Positions 17,062 to 27,406 of a DNA stretch of 32,000 bases are shown piece by piece. Position 1 is the first letter of the stretch, and every line of letters starts with the position of its first letter. This DNA comes from Fastidiosibacter lacustris. GTDB taxonomy: Bacteria > Pseudomonadota > Gammaproteobacteria > Francisellales > Francisellaceae. A program made the translations under genes and the position numbers. The stretch is from the NCBI RefSeq assembly GCF_003428155.1, contig NZ_QLIR01000001.1, forward strand, positions 1 through 32,000, read 5' to 3'. The notes under the pieces were generated by a model. The model saw nothing but the letters and a program-made list of their open reading frames with translations. It was not told the DNA's origin and did not search any database.

Positions 17062-19635
17062 ATGAGTTTTCGGCATCACTGACCAAATGGTTTTCAGAGC
17101 GCCCCCAGTGGCTCCAGATCGCGGCTACTCGGCTACTCCAGCAGTCTGAGCTTACCGACAAAGATGTCTCTGAGCTCGCAACCCTATGCCAGCAGGAAGC
17201 CGAAGGTAAGCTGCCCAAAACGACCTGTTCCTTTCCTGCTACCGCGTTCTCCCCGGGCGCAGCAGGCTCCCTGCGTTTGTGTTCAATCAGTGATGTCGAA
17301 GGAGTAAACGCCCTTGCTCCGAAAAAGCCACTTGAGTTTGGCAAGGGCAATATCACGATTGTTTATGGCAACAACGGGTCAGGCAAATCCGGTTACGTCA
17401 GACTCCTCAAACATGTATGCGGAGCCCGCGAGACGGGTACCCTCCACCGCAATGTCTATAAGCCCGGCGCTGCCGCACAGAAAGCCTGCATTTCGTTTGA
17501 GCAGGACGGCGTACCGAAGACTCATACCTGGTCTGGGCAAGGTATCTGCGATGACCTCAACAGCGTTGATATTTTCGACACCTCGTTTGGCAAGGTGTTT
17601 GTCAGCAGCGAAGACGAGGTGAGCTACGAGCCGCCGGTATTATCCTTTTTCAGCTTGCTCATCCTCGCATGCGAAAAGGTCGCATCGGCCTTGGACACCG
17701 AGGCCAACCGGCACCAGTCAAAAAAACCGAATATCCCGGCTGACAAGAAGGTAACTCCTGAAGGCATCTGGTACGAAGCCATCAGCGCCAAGACCAGCAC
17801 CCAGGACATCGACAAGTATTGCGCATTTGGCAGTGCTGACGAAACCGAGATGCAAACGCTGCAGCAGCGCCTTGCCGAACAGGCACCGGCAGAAAAAGCG
17901 AAGCAGCTGAGAAAGCAGAAGCAGCATATCGACACTCTGATCCAGGATGCCCAAAAGTATCTGCAGCAATTATCGGACGAGAATTACCGGCGGATCATTG
18001 CTGCTAAGAAGAAGTCGATTCTCAAAAAGGCAGCGGCAGATACGGCGGCGGAAAAGGTGTTCTCCGGCAGCGAGCTGGAAGGAATCGGCTCTGATGTCTG
18101 GAAAGAACTTTGGGAAGCGGCCCGGAACTACTCCGTCTCGGCTGTCTACAAAGAAACCGAGTACCCGAATGTTTCTGATGGTTCCCGTTGTGTCCTGTGT
18201 CACCAGCCCTTGACCCAGGAGGCCAAGGAGCGGTTGATCTCCTTCGAAAACTTCGTGAAGGGCGAAATGCAGAAAGCCGCAACGGATGCGGCCAAGGAAT
18301 ACGAGACCGCCAATCAAACTATCGAGGCGCTACCGACATCGGAGACGCTGAAGGCACGTATCGATGCGGCTGGTATTCCACAGGATGAAGTCGCCAGCCA
18401 GGTGACGGATTTCTTTGCCCAATTGCAGGCCAGAAAAGACCTGCTCCCTGGGATCGATTCCGAAGAAGCCATTCCCGACCCTCTGCTCTCACCGAAATGG
18501 ATCGAAGAAGCCAACGCCCAGTCGAAGAGCCTCGGTGAACTCGCGGCAAAATATGACGAAGACGCCAAAAGCGATAATCTTGAGGAGATCAAGAAGAAGC
18601 TAAACAGCCTGCAGACCAGAAAGTGGTTGTCTGAACGCCGCGCCGCCATTGATGAAGAAGTCACCCGATTGAAGCTGCTGAATCAGATTCAGGAAGCCAA
18701 GAAGTCGACCAACACCAAAGCCCTATCCCAGAAGAAAGGGGAGCTGGCAGAAGCCTTGATCACGGATGCGTTCGTGCAAAGGTTCAATGCAGAGCTCAAG
18801 GCCCTGGGCGCGTCTCGGGTGAAAGTCGAGCTCGTGAAGTCAAAAGTCTCGAAAGGCCGCGTCCTTCATAAGCTCCAGCTTCGAGGGGCTTCTCAGAATG
18901 GGCTCGCCGATGTGCTGAGCGAGGGAGAAAATCGGATCGTTTCCATTGCGGCTTTCTTAGCCGACGTCACCGGCAAGAGCAACCAGGCTCCGTTTATCTT
19001 TGACGATCCAATATCCTCGTTGGACCAAAGCTATGAGGAGGCCGTGGTTCAAAGACTGATCGAGTTGTCTCAGGAAAAACAGGTCATAGTCTTTACTCAC
19101 CGCCTGTCCTTGCTGGGAACGGTCCGGCATTTTGCCGAGAAAAAGACCATCAAGCCCGATGTGGTGAGCATTCGCTCTGCGGACTGGGGGGACCGGAGAG
19201 CCCGCGCCCATTCCACTTTCACAGAGCGACATCAAATCCGCCCTGAACACACTCATGAATCAGCGGTATCAGGATGCAAAGAAGGCGAGTGAAAACGGCG
19301 AGTTTGAACATGCCGAAATCTTGCTGAAGTCGATATGTAGCGACTTCAGGACATTGGTGGAGCGCTCTATTGAAAATGATCTGCTGTGCGGAGTGGTTCA
19401 AAGATTCCAACGACCGGTCCATACGTTGAAGCTCAAGGATCTGGCCAAATTGAAGGACGCGGATTGCAATCTCCTTGATTCGCTCATGACCAAATACTCC
19501 GGGTTCGAACACTCACAGCCAGCAGAATCACCAGTGGAGCTGCCGAAGCCAGACGAGCTTCTGGGCGACATGACTTCGCTAAAAAACTGGCGTGAAGAAT
19601 ACGCGAAGCGCCCCGCCTCTGCGGTGGCCGGGTAA
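17058..19635 (+). pseudogene. second AAA_13-type (RloC-like) ATPase, split by a +1 frameshift in a G6 run (19186-19191)
   Basis: - Walker A GNNGSGKSG (17367-17393) and CVLC hook (18189-18200).
- Signature LSEGEN (18915-18932) and Walker B FIFDDP (18993-19010).
- After ADWG the homology continues in the +1 frame: TGEPAPIPLSQSDIKSALNTLMNQRY...FRTLVE (R 19348, E 19360)...YSGFEH (H 19510).
- Removing one G gives a single ORF of about 858 aa. Confidence 0.7.
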
Positions 19636-19639
19636 CAGT

Positions 19640-19957
19640 ATGAAAGTTCTTCATACATCCGACTGGCATATCGGCCGCACCCTTTACGGCAGAAAACGCT
19701 ACGAGGAATTCTCTGCGTTTCTGGATTGGCTGACCCAGACCATTGAAGATGAAACCGCGTGGTTGACCCAGGCACACATGGCAGAACTATTTCAGGTGAA
19801 ACCGCAAAATATTACCATGCACCTGAAAAACATCTATGCTGAGGGGGAATTGGCGGAAGAGTCAACTTGTAAGGAGTTCTTACAAGTTCAACAAGAGGGT
19901 GCAAGACAGGTTGAAAGAAAACGGAAATTTTACACTCTGGATGCCATTATAAAGTAA
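19640..19957 (+). pseudogene. chimeric remnant: SbcD N-terminus (about 35 aa) fused to an internal RhuM-family fragment (about 70 aa)
   Basis: MKVLHTSDWHIGRTLYGRKRYEEFSAFLDWL is the metallophosphoesterase motif-I start of SbcD. TAWLTQAHMAELFQVKPQNITMHLKNIYAEGELAEESTCKEFLQVQQEGARQVERKRKFYTLDAII matches the N-terminal region of RhuM-family proteins. The ORF ends exactly where host-type AT-rich DNA resumes. Confidence 0.65.
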
Positions 19958-20066
19958 AGCGCTGCTGAGTAATTTAAATGGTTAACACTAGGTTCTGTGA
20001 AGTTGAGTTGGCTCAAACGAGCGAGCATCTAGATTAGAAGTCCATTTCATCGAGGCACGTATCTTT

Positions 20067-20984
20067 TTATTGTAATTTCAAATTACTGGCTTTAGCAGCT
20101 TGATACATAACTCCAGTGCCCAGTTTTTGACTTAATTGATCAAATAGATTTAACGGTTGAGTAAAATTAATGACTTTCATATTATTGAATTTATCACGTT
20201 GTAAACTGTCAACAGATGCAAAGTCATCAATTAAACCATATTCTTTCGCTTGAATGCCAGAAAATGGCATGCCAGAAAAAATCTTATCTTCGGCTTTAAG
20301 GTTAAGTCTGTCACCTCGAACTGCCTTCACAGCATTGATAAAGACTTGATGTGTTTGGGTAAGCATTGCTTCCATTTCTTTTACTTGTGCTGCACTTTGC
20401 GGTTCAAAAGGATCCAAAAACCCCTTATCTTTACCGGATGTATAGAGTCTACGTTCTACACCAATTTTCTTTAACAACTCGACAAAACCAAATCCATCAG
20501 CACGCACACCGATTGATCCTGTGATAGTCATTTTATTGGTATAGATATCTTTAGCGGCTGAGGCAATATAGTAACCCCCAGATGCACATACATCAAGGCA
20601 TACGGCATAAAGTGGAATTTTTGAATATTTGTTTTGGAGATAGCGCATATGTTCATAAATATTATCGGATTGAACAGGTGAGCCGCCGGGGCTATTGATT
20701 TCAATAATTACAGCTTTGGTGTTTTTATCTTCAAAAGCCGCATCTAGGCTGTTATTAATACGTGTGGCATTAGCATTGCTATCATCAGCAATAACACCAT
20801 CAACTTTTACCAAGGCGATGTGATCTTCTGTTTTAATGGGAGGGGTGCTAAAAGTTTTAAATAATAGACCGATGATTAAAAGAGCAACAACAAGCCAGCA
20901 GAGTCTAAAGAATATCCGCCAGCGTCGTGTGCGCCTTTGTTCAAGTATATAGGCATTAGCAATTCGTTCTAAATGTTCTGACAT
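20067..20984 (-). CDS. sppA: signal peptide peptidase SppA (36K type)
   Basis: It has an N-terminal TM segment and ClpP/crotonase-like motifs (EINSPGGSPV, CASGGYYIA, GSIGV). I chose the start at 20984 (MSEHLER) behind RBS AAGGAA rather than the ORF-track start at 21029. Confidence 0.85.
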   Translation of the reverse strand: MSEHLERIANAYILEQRRTRRWRIFFRLCWLVVALLIIGLLFKTFSTPPIKTEDHIALVKVDGVIADDSNANATRINNSLDAAFEDKNTKAVIIEINSPGGSPVQSDNIYEHMRYLQNKYSKIPLYAVCLDVCASGGYYIASAAKDIYTNKMTITGSIGVRADGFGFVELLKKIGVERRLYTSGKDKGFLDPFEPQSAAQVKEMEAMLTQTHQVFINAVKAVRGDRLNLKAEDKIFSGMPFSGIQAKEYGLIDDFASVDSLQRDKFNNMKVINFTQPLNLFDQLSQKLGTGVMYQAAKASNLKLQ

Positions 20985-21112
20985 GATGGTTCCTTTTTTA
21001 TAAGTGTAAAACGAAAAATGAACAGTCAAATGGTAGAGGAAATTAAGAAAAAAATCAGCAGGATTTATGGTTAAAAGAGAAAGATAGATGGTTTTAAGCT
21101 TAACCTACTTGT

Positions 21113-22921
21113 TTAAAGTGTCTGATATTTGGGTTTTTCTATGCTATGCGGTTTTTCATGTATAACAGTTTGAATAGCAAGCTCATAAAGCTGTTCTTTA
21201 CTTACTTCGGTTGGTGCTTCAGTCATTAAGCAACTTGCAGTTTGTGTTTTAGGAAAAGCAATAACATCGCGGATATTCGTGGTGTGGGTAATCAACATTG
21301 TTAAACGGTCTAAACCAAAAGCAATACCACCGTGGATAGGTGCGCCATATTGTAAAGCATCAAGTAAAAAGCCGAACTTCTCTTTGGCTTCTTGTTCACT
21401 AATACCAAGTAGGGAAAACACGGTTTGTTGCATTTTCTGATCATGAATACGGATAGAACCACCACCAACTTCATAGCCGTTTATAACCATATCATAAGCA
21501 CGTGATAAAGCTTGTGTTGGATTGCTAATCAGCGTTTCACATGAATCGACTTTGGGTGCAGTAAATGGATGATGTAGTGCATATAAACGGTCATCTGCTT
21601 CTTCAAACATCGGGAAATCAATAACCCAAAGTGGTGCCCATTCTTTAGTATGTAATTGCAAATCCTCACCAATTTTAACGCGTAGAGCACCCATAGAGTC
21701 ATTAACAATATTTGTACGTCCTGCGCCAAAGAAAATGATATCACCATCTTCAGCACCCGTTGTAGCAAGTACTTTATCTAGAGCTTGTTCAGAGAGATTT
21801 TTAACAATAGGAGATTGTAATCCTTCTTTACCTTGTGCTTTATTATTGACTTTGACATATGCTAAACCTTTGGCACCATAAATGCCGACAAATTTTGTAT
21901 AATCATCTAGCATTTTACGCGTAAGCTTGTTATTACCTTGTGCCAGACGCATCGCAATGACGCGAGAGTTATTGTCGTTAGCAGGGGCAGAAAATACTTT
22001 AAACTCTTCATTTTTCATAATTTCTTTAACATCAACAAAATAAAGTGGAATGCGCAGGTCAGGTTTGTCAGAACCATATTTATCCATCGCTTCGGCGTAA
22101 CTCATAATAGGAAATTTCTGTGGTAGATCGACATTGATTGTATGTTTGAAAAGAGAGTGAATCATATTCTCCACGATAGACATTAATTGTGCCTCATTAA
22201 TAAATGAGGCTTCAATATCGACTTGAGTAAATTCAGGTTGGCGATCAGCGCGTAGATCTTCATCACGAAAACATTTAACAATTTGATAGTAGCGATCAAA
22301 ACCAGAAACCATCAATATTTGTTTAAATAACTGTGGTGATTGTGGTAGGGCGTAAAATTTGCCATGATGATTTCTGCTTGGCACTAAATAGTCACGTGCA
22401 CCTTCAGGTGTAGCTTTGGTCAAAAAAGGTGTTTCAATATCTAAAAAACCTTGCTCATCTAAAAATCGGCGAATGAATTGTGAAATGCGTGCACGCTGAA
22501 TCAAGCGTTGTTGAATCTCAGGACGTCGCAAATCAATGTAGCGAAATTTTAAGCGTACATCTTCACCAACGTGTTGATGTTCATCAATTTGAAATGGAAT
22601 GGGTTTGGCATGACTGATAATCTCAAGTTTATGTCCAACAATCTCGATTTTACCACTGGCGAGATTTGGATTTTCTTGACCTTCAGGGCGTGCTTTTACA
22701 ATACCTTTAGCTTTTATCACATATTCATGACGAACGTGATCTGCAAGTGTGAATACATTTTGGTTTTGAGGTTCATAAATCAATTGAACCAAGCCACTTC
22801 TATCGCGAATATCTAAAAAAATCACACCACCATGATCACGGCGGCGATGTACCCAACCACAAATTTCTACTGGTTGGTCAATCAGTTTTTCGTTAATGTC
22901 AGAGCTATAATGGCTACGCAT
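21113..22921 (-). CDS. aspS: aspartate--tRNA ligase
   Basis: The 602-aa ORF begins MRSHY...[22 protein letters not shown] (OB-fold). Class II motifs are [16 protein letters not shown] and [10 protein letters not shown]. Confidence 0.95.
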   Translation of the reverse strand: MRSHYSSDINEKLIDQPVEICGWVHRRRDHGGVIFLDIRDRSGLVQLIYEPQNQNVFTLADHVRHEYVIKAKGIVKARPEGQENPNLASGKIEIVGHKLEIISHAKPIPFQIDEHQHVGEDVRLKFRYIDLRRPEIQQRLIQRARISQFIRRFLDEQGFLDIETPFLTKATPEGARDYLVPSRNHHGKFYALPQSPQLFKQILMVSGFDRYYQIVKCFRDEDLRADRQPEFTQVDIEASFINEAQLMSIVENMIHSLFKHTINVDLPQKFPIMSYAEAMDKYGSDKPDLRIPLYFVDVKEIMKNEEFKVFSAPANDNNSRVIAMRLAQGNNKLTRKMLDDYTKFVGIYGAKGLAYVKVNNKAQGKEGLQSPIVKNLSEQALDKVLATTGAEDGDIIFFGAGRTNIVNDSMGALRVKIGEDLQLHTKEWAPLWVIDFPMFEEADDRLYALHHPFTAPKVDSCETLISNPTQALSRAYDMVINGYEVGGGSIRIHDQKMQQTVFSLLGISEQEAKEKFGFLLDALQYGAPIHGGIAFGLDRLTMLITHTTNIRDVIAFPKTQTASCLMTEAPTEVSKEQLYELAIQTVIHEKPHSIEKPKYQTL

Positions 22922-23340
22922 TTTTTATCCTTTAATGATTCAGTTTTAGTAATTGATTGTGCAAACTCAGACGCATGAAAAGCACTTGGAAGTTTGGCAG
23001 TCACATGAACGTTTAAGCATATAGAAATATTAAACAGATGACAATCGTTGAAGATGGTAGTTTTTTCTACAGAATGTTTTTTTATTTTTTAGGTTACAAT
23101 CCGAATTAAAGTGAATATAGAAAGGGTATATAAATTTTATACAACTGCAAACGTCTGTTCTACTAAGTAAAAAACAATGACTAGAATGTAGTTTTGATCT
23201 TTGGTTTGCTAATAAGCATATGTTAAAAACCAGAGAGATTAACAGTTAAGCTTGCTTTTACTTAGATTGCAAAAGAAAATCTAAAAACAATGCATTACAA
23301 TTTTACTCGTTTTATAAAGTGACTAAATCATCGAGGGTGT

Positions 23341-23820
23341 GTGAGAAATAAAAAAAGTCATAAAGTCCTTATTGTAGGAATTGGTTCGCCTTTTGGTGAT
23401 GATCAATTTGGGTGGTTAGTTGCTAAAAACATCCAAGAAAGATTAATTGCCAAGCATAGAGTTGATGTTGAGATTGTAGATCGACCTGGTTTGAATTTAC
23501 TTAGATTTTTAGAGCAGGGTTATCAAAAAATTATTCTTATTGATGCGGTGAATGCGGGTCTGAGAATAGGAGAAATACTTTGTCTGAAAGCGAATGAGAT
23601 ATCTAAATTTATTAAGGGTTCTCTATCATCTCATCATATCGGTGTGGCACCTTCACTTGCTTTGGCAAATGCGTTGAATATGAATATCAGTCATGTCATT
23701 TTTTATGGCGTTCAAGGTGAGCGGTTATTCGTTAAGGATGGTCAGTTATCGCAGATGGTAGAAGATGCTATTTCCCCTATGGTTAGCAAGATCTACTATG
23801 AGCACGTCCTTCATAGCTAA
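23341..23820 (+). CDS. [NiFe]-hydrogenase maturation endopeptidase (HyaD/HybD/HoxM family)
   Basis: It carries VLIVGIGSPFGDDQFGW, ILIDAV and SSHHIGV motifs and is 159 aa long. GTG start behind GAGGG. Confidence 0.8.
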   Translation: MRNKKSHKVLIVGIGSPFGDDQFGWLVAKNIQERLIAKHRVDVEIVDRPGLNLLRFLEQGYQKIILIDAVNAGLRIGEILCLKANEISKFIKGSLSSHHIGVAPSLALANALNMNISHVIFYGVQGERLFVKDGQLSQMVEDAISPMVSKIYYEHVLHS

Positions 23821-23920
23821 AGCGATGTATGATCGTGATAATTAGGAAGCAGTAAGGTAATAGGTATGGTAAATAAGTGTTTCTTAAATGGGATATCCCG
23901 TTGCGACCATGTTTATTTTA

Positions 23921-26026
23921 TTATTTTTTCTCATGTGCTCCAGCCTGAATTGCGGTAATTGCAATAGTATAGATAATGTCATCCACTGTAGCGCCTCGTG
24001 ATAAATCATTAATAGGCTTGTTAAGACCTTGCAAAATAGGACCAATACTTAGCACATTAGCACTTCTTTGTACGGCTTTATAAGTCGTATTTCCTGTGTT
24101 AAGGTCAGGAAAAATCAGTACCGTGGCATATCCTGCAACTGGACTTTGTGGCGCTTTTTTGCAAGCAACAGACAATGTTGTTGCAGCGTCATATTGTAAA
24201 GGTCCATCAATGACTAAGTCTGGTCGTTTTTGTTTAACGATTTCTGTTGCTTGACGCACTTTGTCAACGTCAACGCCATACCCTGATTGACCGGTGCTGT
24301 AGCTGATCATCGCGATCTTAGGATCAATTCCAAACGCATCAGCTGATTCTGCGCTTTGAATAGCAATCTCGGCTAATTCTTGTGCATTAGGATCAGGATT
24401 AACTGCACAGTCTCCATAAACTAATACTTGATCTTCTAGACACATGAAAAAAACTGAAGAAACAATTGAGCATTCAGGTTTTGTTTTAATAATTTTTAAT
24501 GCAGGAGAGATGGTATGTGCTGTGGTATTTAGTGCTCCAGCTACTAAACCATCTGCATCACCAATGGCAAGCATCATTGTGCCAAGGGTGACAGTGTCTT
24601 CTAAACTCCCGCGCGCCAAAACATCTGTCATGCCTTTATGCTTACGCTTCTCAATTAGAGGTGCTACATATTTTTCTTTAATGCTATCTGGATCAATTGT
24701 TTTGAGTGTATCAGAGAAGCTTAAACCATGCTTTTGTGCAATTTCTAAAATTTTCTCGCGTTTGCCAAGTAGAATACATTCAGCAACTTTACGTTTAGTG
24801 CAAAAAATGGCGGCTTCAATTGTACGTGGTTCGTATCCTTCTGGCAGCACAATACGTTTTTGCTTTTCAGTCGCACGCTTAATAAGATAGTGACGAAATG
24901 CAGGAGGTGACATTTTTTTATTGACAGTTCCTTTTTGTAGTCGTTGTTCAATTTTTCTAATATCAATATGTTCAGCGATTAAAGCTTTAAGCAACACTAA
25001 GCGCTCAGTGTCATCTTTTGGAATGCTGCTATAGTCAATATCGGCAAGTTTTAAAATAGTGCTAATGCTTTTACTTTCAGTCGCAAAAATCGGGAGTTGA
25101 GTTTGCTGAGCAGTATGTAAACAAAAGTCAATCACATTTTTATTGACCAGTGAAAATGCAGTAAGGATGAGTCCAGAAATTTGAATTTCTTTTTGCGCCG
25201 CAAGTGTTGTTGCCAAAATAATATCACTACGGTCAGAAGCAGTAATAATCAGCACTCCTGGTTTAAGCTCATCTACAACATGATCGATAGTACGTGAGCA
25301 CATAGTAACGACTTGAACTCGCCGATTGTGATCAAAGTTTTCGTGTACAGCTGAAAGCCCAAGCCAATTGGCAATATCAATAACACGTGGAAAAGCAAGT
25401 TTATCTTGCCAATAGGTCACACCAAGCAGGGTCAAATTATGGTTTTTAAAAATAGGCATTTCCTTAATATTTGCTGTTGTGATCATGTTAGTCATAACAG
25501 AAGGTAAAGATTCATCTAATAAGCTAAAACGGTTATTACCATATTTATCAATAGGGGCATTGAGTTTGGTGATAATGGCGCCAACAAGCGATTGGCTAGG
25601 AATTTGCTGTTTATAGTGTTCAAGTTGTGCTTCAAGCTCTAAGAGGTTTTTATTGCCTTGTCTTGCGATTAATACGACATCTGCATTAAAAGCATGAATC
25701 AGAGTGGAATTAAAAAGAGAAGTAAATGTGTTGAGCCATTTAAAATCATTATGATTGTGTTCTTTGATAAATATGCCGTCAATTAGTATAATATCAGTTC
25801 CTTCGCTTTTTTGATCATAAATATTCAATAGGTGCTCAAAAAATGCCTTTACACGATTTTGGCGAAAGTATTGTTCAATATCGACAGAAGATAAGTTAGA
25901 GTCAAATAAAGGGTTAAACAGTTTAACCGTATAACCTTGTTCTTCAAGTGCATGTTTTAAACCCTGTTTCAGTGAAAAGAGTCCAACACTTTGACCGGTT
26001 GGCAGTAAAACAATCGGGAGTGGCAT
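23921..26026 (-). CDS. pta: phosphate acetyltransferase (long form with N-terminal regulatory domains)
   Basis: The 701-aa ORF begins with a Pta-type N-terminus (LLPTGQSVGLFSLKQGL). The C-terminal PTA_PTB domain shows GDADGLVAG, CAVNPDP and SRGATV. Confidence 0.9.
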   Translation of the reverse strand: MPLPIVLLPTGQSVGLFSLKQGLKHALEEQGYTVKLFNPLFDSNLSSVDIEQYFRQNRVKAFFEHLLNIYDQKSEGTDIILIDGIFIKEHNHNDFKWLNTFTSLFNSTLIHAFNADVVLIARQGNKNLLELEAQLEHYKQQIPSQSLVGAIITKLNAPIDKYGNNRFSLLDESLPSVMTNMITTANIKEMPIFKNHNLTLLGVTYWQDKLAFPRVIDIANWLGLSAVHENFDHNRRVQVVTMCSRTIDHVVDELKPGVLIITASDRSDIILATTLAAQKEIQISGLILTAFSLVNKNVIDFCLHTAQQTQLPIFATESKSISTILKLADIDYSSIPKDDTERLVLLKALIAEHIDIRKIEQRLQKGTVNKKMSPPAFRHYLIKRATEKQKRIVLPEGYEPRTIEAAIFCTKRKVAECILLGKREKILEIAQKHGLSFSDTLKTIDPDSIKEKYVAPLIEKRKHKGMTDVLARGSLEDTVTLGTMMLAIGDADGLVAGALNTTAHTISPALKIIKTKPECSIVSSVFFMCLEDQVLVYGDCAVNPDPNAQELAEIAIQSAESADAFGIDPKIAMISYSTGQSGYGVDVDKVRQATEIVKQKRPDLVIDGPLQYDAATTLSVACKKAPQSPVAGYATVLIFPDLNTGNTTYKAVQRSANVLSIGPILQGLNKPINDLSRGATVDDIIYTIAITAIQAGAHEKK

Positions 26027-26048
26027 GTTTATTCCTTCCTAAAGTGAC

Positions 26049-27224
26049 TTAAATTAAGTGCTGACATGCTTGTGCAATCATCAGTTCTTCATTGGTTGGA
26101 AGTACCATGATGCGCTTACTATTGTGTGCTTGAATTTCAGTATATGTTTTTGGTGCCTGATTACATTTATCATTGATTTTAAAATCAAGGTTATTAAGGT
26201 TATTTATGATTTTTTGGCGAACTAAAGCACTATTTTCACCAATTCCAGCGGTAAAAATAAGACCATCAAAACGATCAAAATACATCATATAACTTGCAAT
26301 GAAGCTTGCAGCACGGTGACAAAAAATTGCTAATGCAGTTTCGGCTTTTTTATTTCCTTGAGTAATCATTTTACTAATGTCGCGCATATCACTTTTGCCG
26401 CAAAGTGCCAACAGACCACCTTGTCTATTCAATAGAGTGGTGATTTCATCGATGCTTATTTTTAGTTGTTTGTGTAGATATTGAAATATTCCAGGATCTA
26501 TGCCGCCTGAGCGTGTGCCCATAACAAGACCATCTAGTGGCGTAAATCCCATGCTGGTGTCAATGCTTTTACCTTCTTTGATAGCAGTAATACTGCAACC
26601 GTTACCTAGGTGTGCACTGATAAAATTGCCTCTTTCGATATCTAAATATTGTGCAGCATCTTTAGCAACATAGTGGTGACTAATGCCATGAAAACCATAT
26701 TTTCTTACGTGTTGATCATAATAAAATGTATCTTGAATTGCATAGCGATGAATATGTTCAGGAATACTGTGGTGAAACGCGGTATCAAACATTGCGACTT
26801 GTGGAATATGAGGGAAGTGCGTTAAGCAAAATTCGATACCAGCTAAATTTGCAGGGTTATGTAAAGGTGCTAAAGGAATGAGTTGTTTGATTTTAGTAAT
26901 TACGCTTTGATCAACAATAACAGCTTCATTGAAAAGATGACCACCGTGCACAACCCTATGTCCAATGCCTGTAATGCAGTCAAAAAAATCATAGCTTTTC
27001 AATGTTTCTACAATCAAACCAAATGCAAGTCTATAGTTCATATTAGATTGGGTGAACGTTTGTTTATCTTGTGCTGCATTTGCGAAAGAAAAGCAAGCAT
27101 CACTTTGTCCAATTTTATCTGCAATTCCAAAAAAAATAGCCATAGTTTGATGATGATTAAACAAAGCAAATTTAATTGATGAGCTACCGCAATTAAATAT
27201 TAAAAAGTATCGTTTATCTGACAT
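26049..27224 (-). CDS. ackA: acetate kinase
   Basis: LIFNCGSSSIKFALF, GHRVVHGG, FDTAFH, GFHGISH and FTAGIGEN motifs are present. I prefer the ATG at 27224 to the TTG at 27257. Confidence 0.9.
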   Translation of the reverse strand: MSDKRYFLIFNCGSSSIKFALFNHHQTMAIFFGIADKIGQSDACFSFANAAQDKQTFTQSNMNYRLAFGLIVETLKSYDFFDCITGIGHRVVHGGHLFNEAVIVDQSVITKIKQLIPLAPLHNPANLAGIEFCLTHFPHIPQVAMFDTAFHHSIPEHIHRYAIQDTFYYDQHVRKYGFHGISHHYVAKDAAQYLDIERGNFISAHLGNGCSITAIKEGKSIDTSMGFTPLDGLVMGTRSGGIDPGIFQYLHKQLKISIDEITTLLNRQGGLLALCGKSDMRDISKMITQGNKKAETALAIFCHRAASFIASYMMYFDRFDGLIFTAGIGENSALVRQKIINNLNNLDFKINDKCNQAPKTYTEIQAHNSKRIMVLPTNEELMIAQACQHLI

Positions 27225-27406
27225 GAGAAAAAAAGCTACACTCAAGTGAGCTTTCAATATAACCTGATAATGACGCTAATGAAAAGCTCTAATCAACAAA
27301 AACTTGCGTTGTATCATAAAAAGGTTAAATATAAGTAGTGCACGCTTTAGTGAAAAATGTGATTTGTGTTACTCTGCAAATAAATAAAGTGATTGACAAT
27401 TAGTAT

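Larger units (their letters stand above)
7944..19957. other. genomic island of foreign (higher G+C) composition downstream of ssrA; degraded defence island, no integrase
   Basis: Composition changes abruptly just after the ssrA terminator and again at 19957. Hand counts of single 60-nt lines gave 21/60 G+C for a host line (24001) and 34/60 for an island line (18301). All island genes are on the + strand, and their content is R-M and abortive-infection-like. Confidence 0.7.

Noticed and set aside
13674-18664. Long antisense ORFs in the GC-rich island (13674-14357, 15574-16329, 16540-17079, 17009-17356, 17970-18317, 18314-18664, all minus strand) and the overlapping +-strand alternative-frame ORFs
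   Set aside because: They lie opposite to, or out of frame with, strongly motif-supported genes. They have low-complexity Arg/Ser/Leu-rich translations and lack RBSs. They are typical shadow ORFs of higher-G+C coding DNA.
20023-20040. Possible displaced ssrA fragment (attR-like) in the right flank: GAGCATCTAGATTAGAAG versus tmRNA AAGCATGTAGATCTGAAG (7820-7837)
   Set aside because: Only 14 of 18 positions match and similarity stops immediately on both sides. The T-arm and acceptor 3' end (GGGTTCAACTCCCGCC) have no counterpart. This is within what chance gives for this search space.
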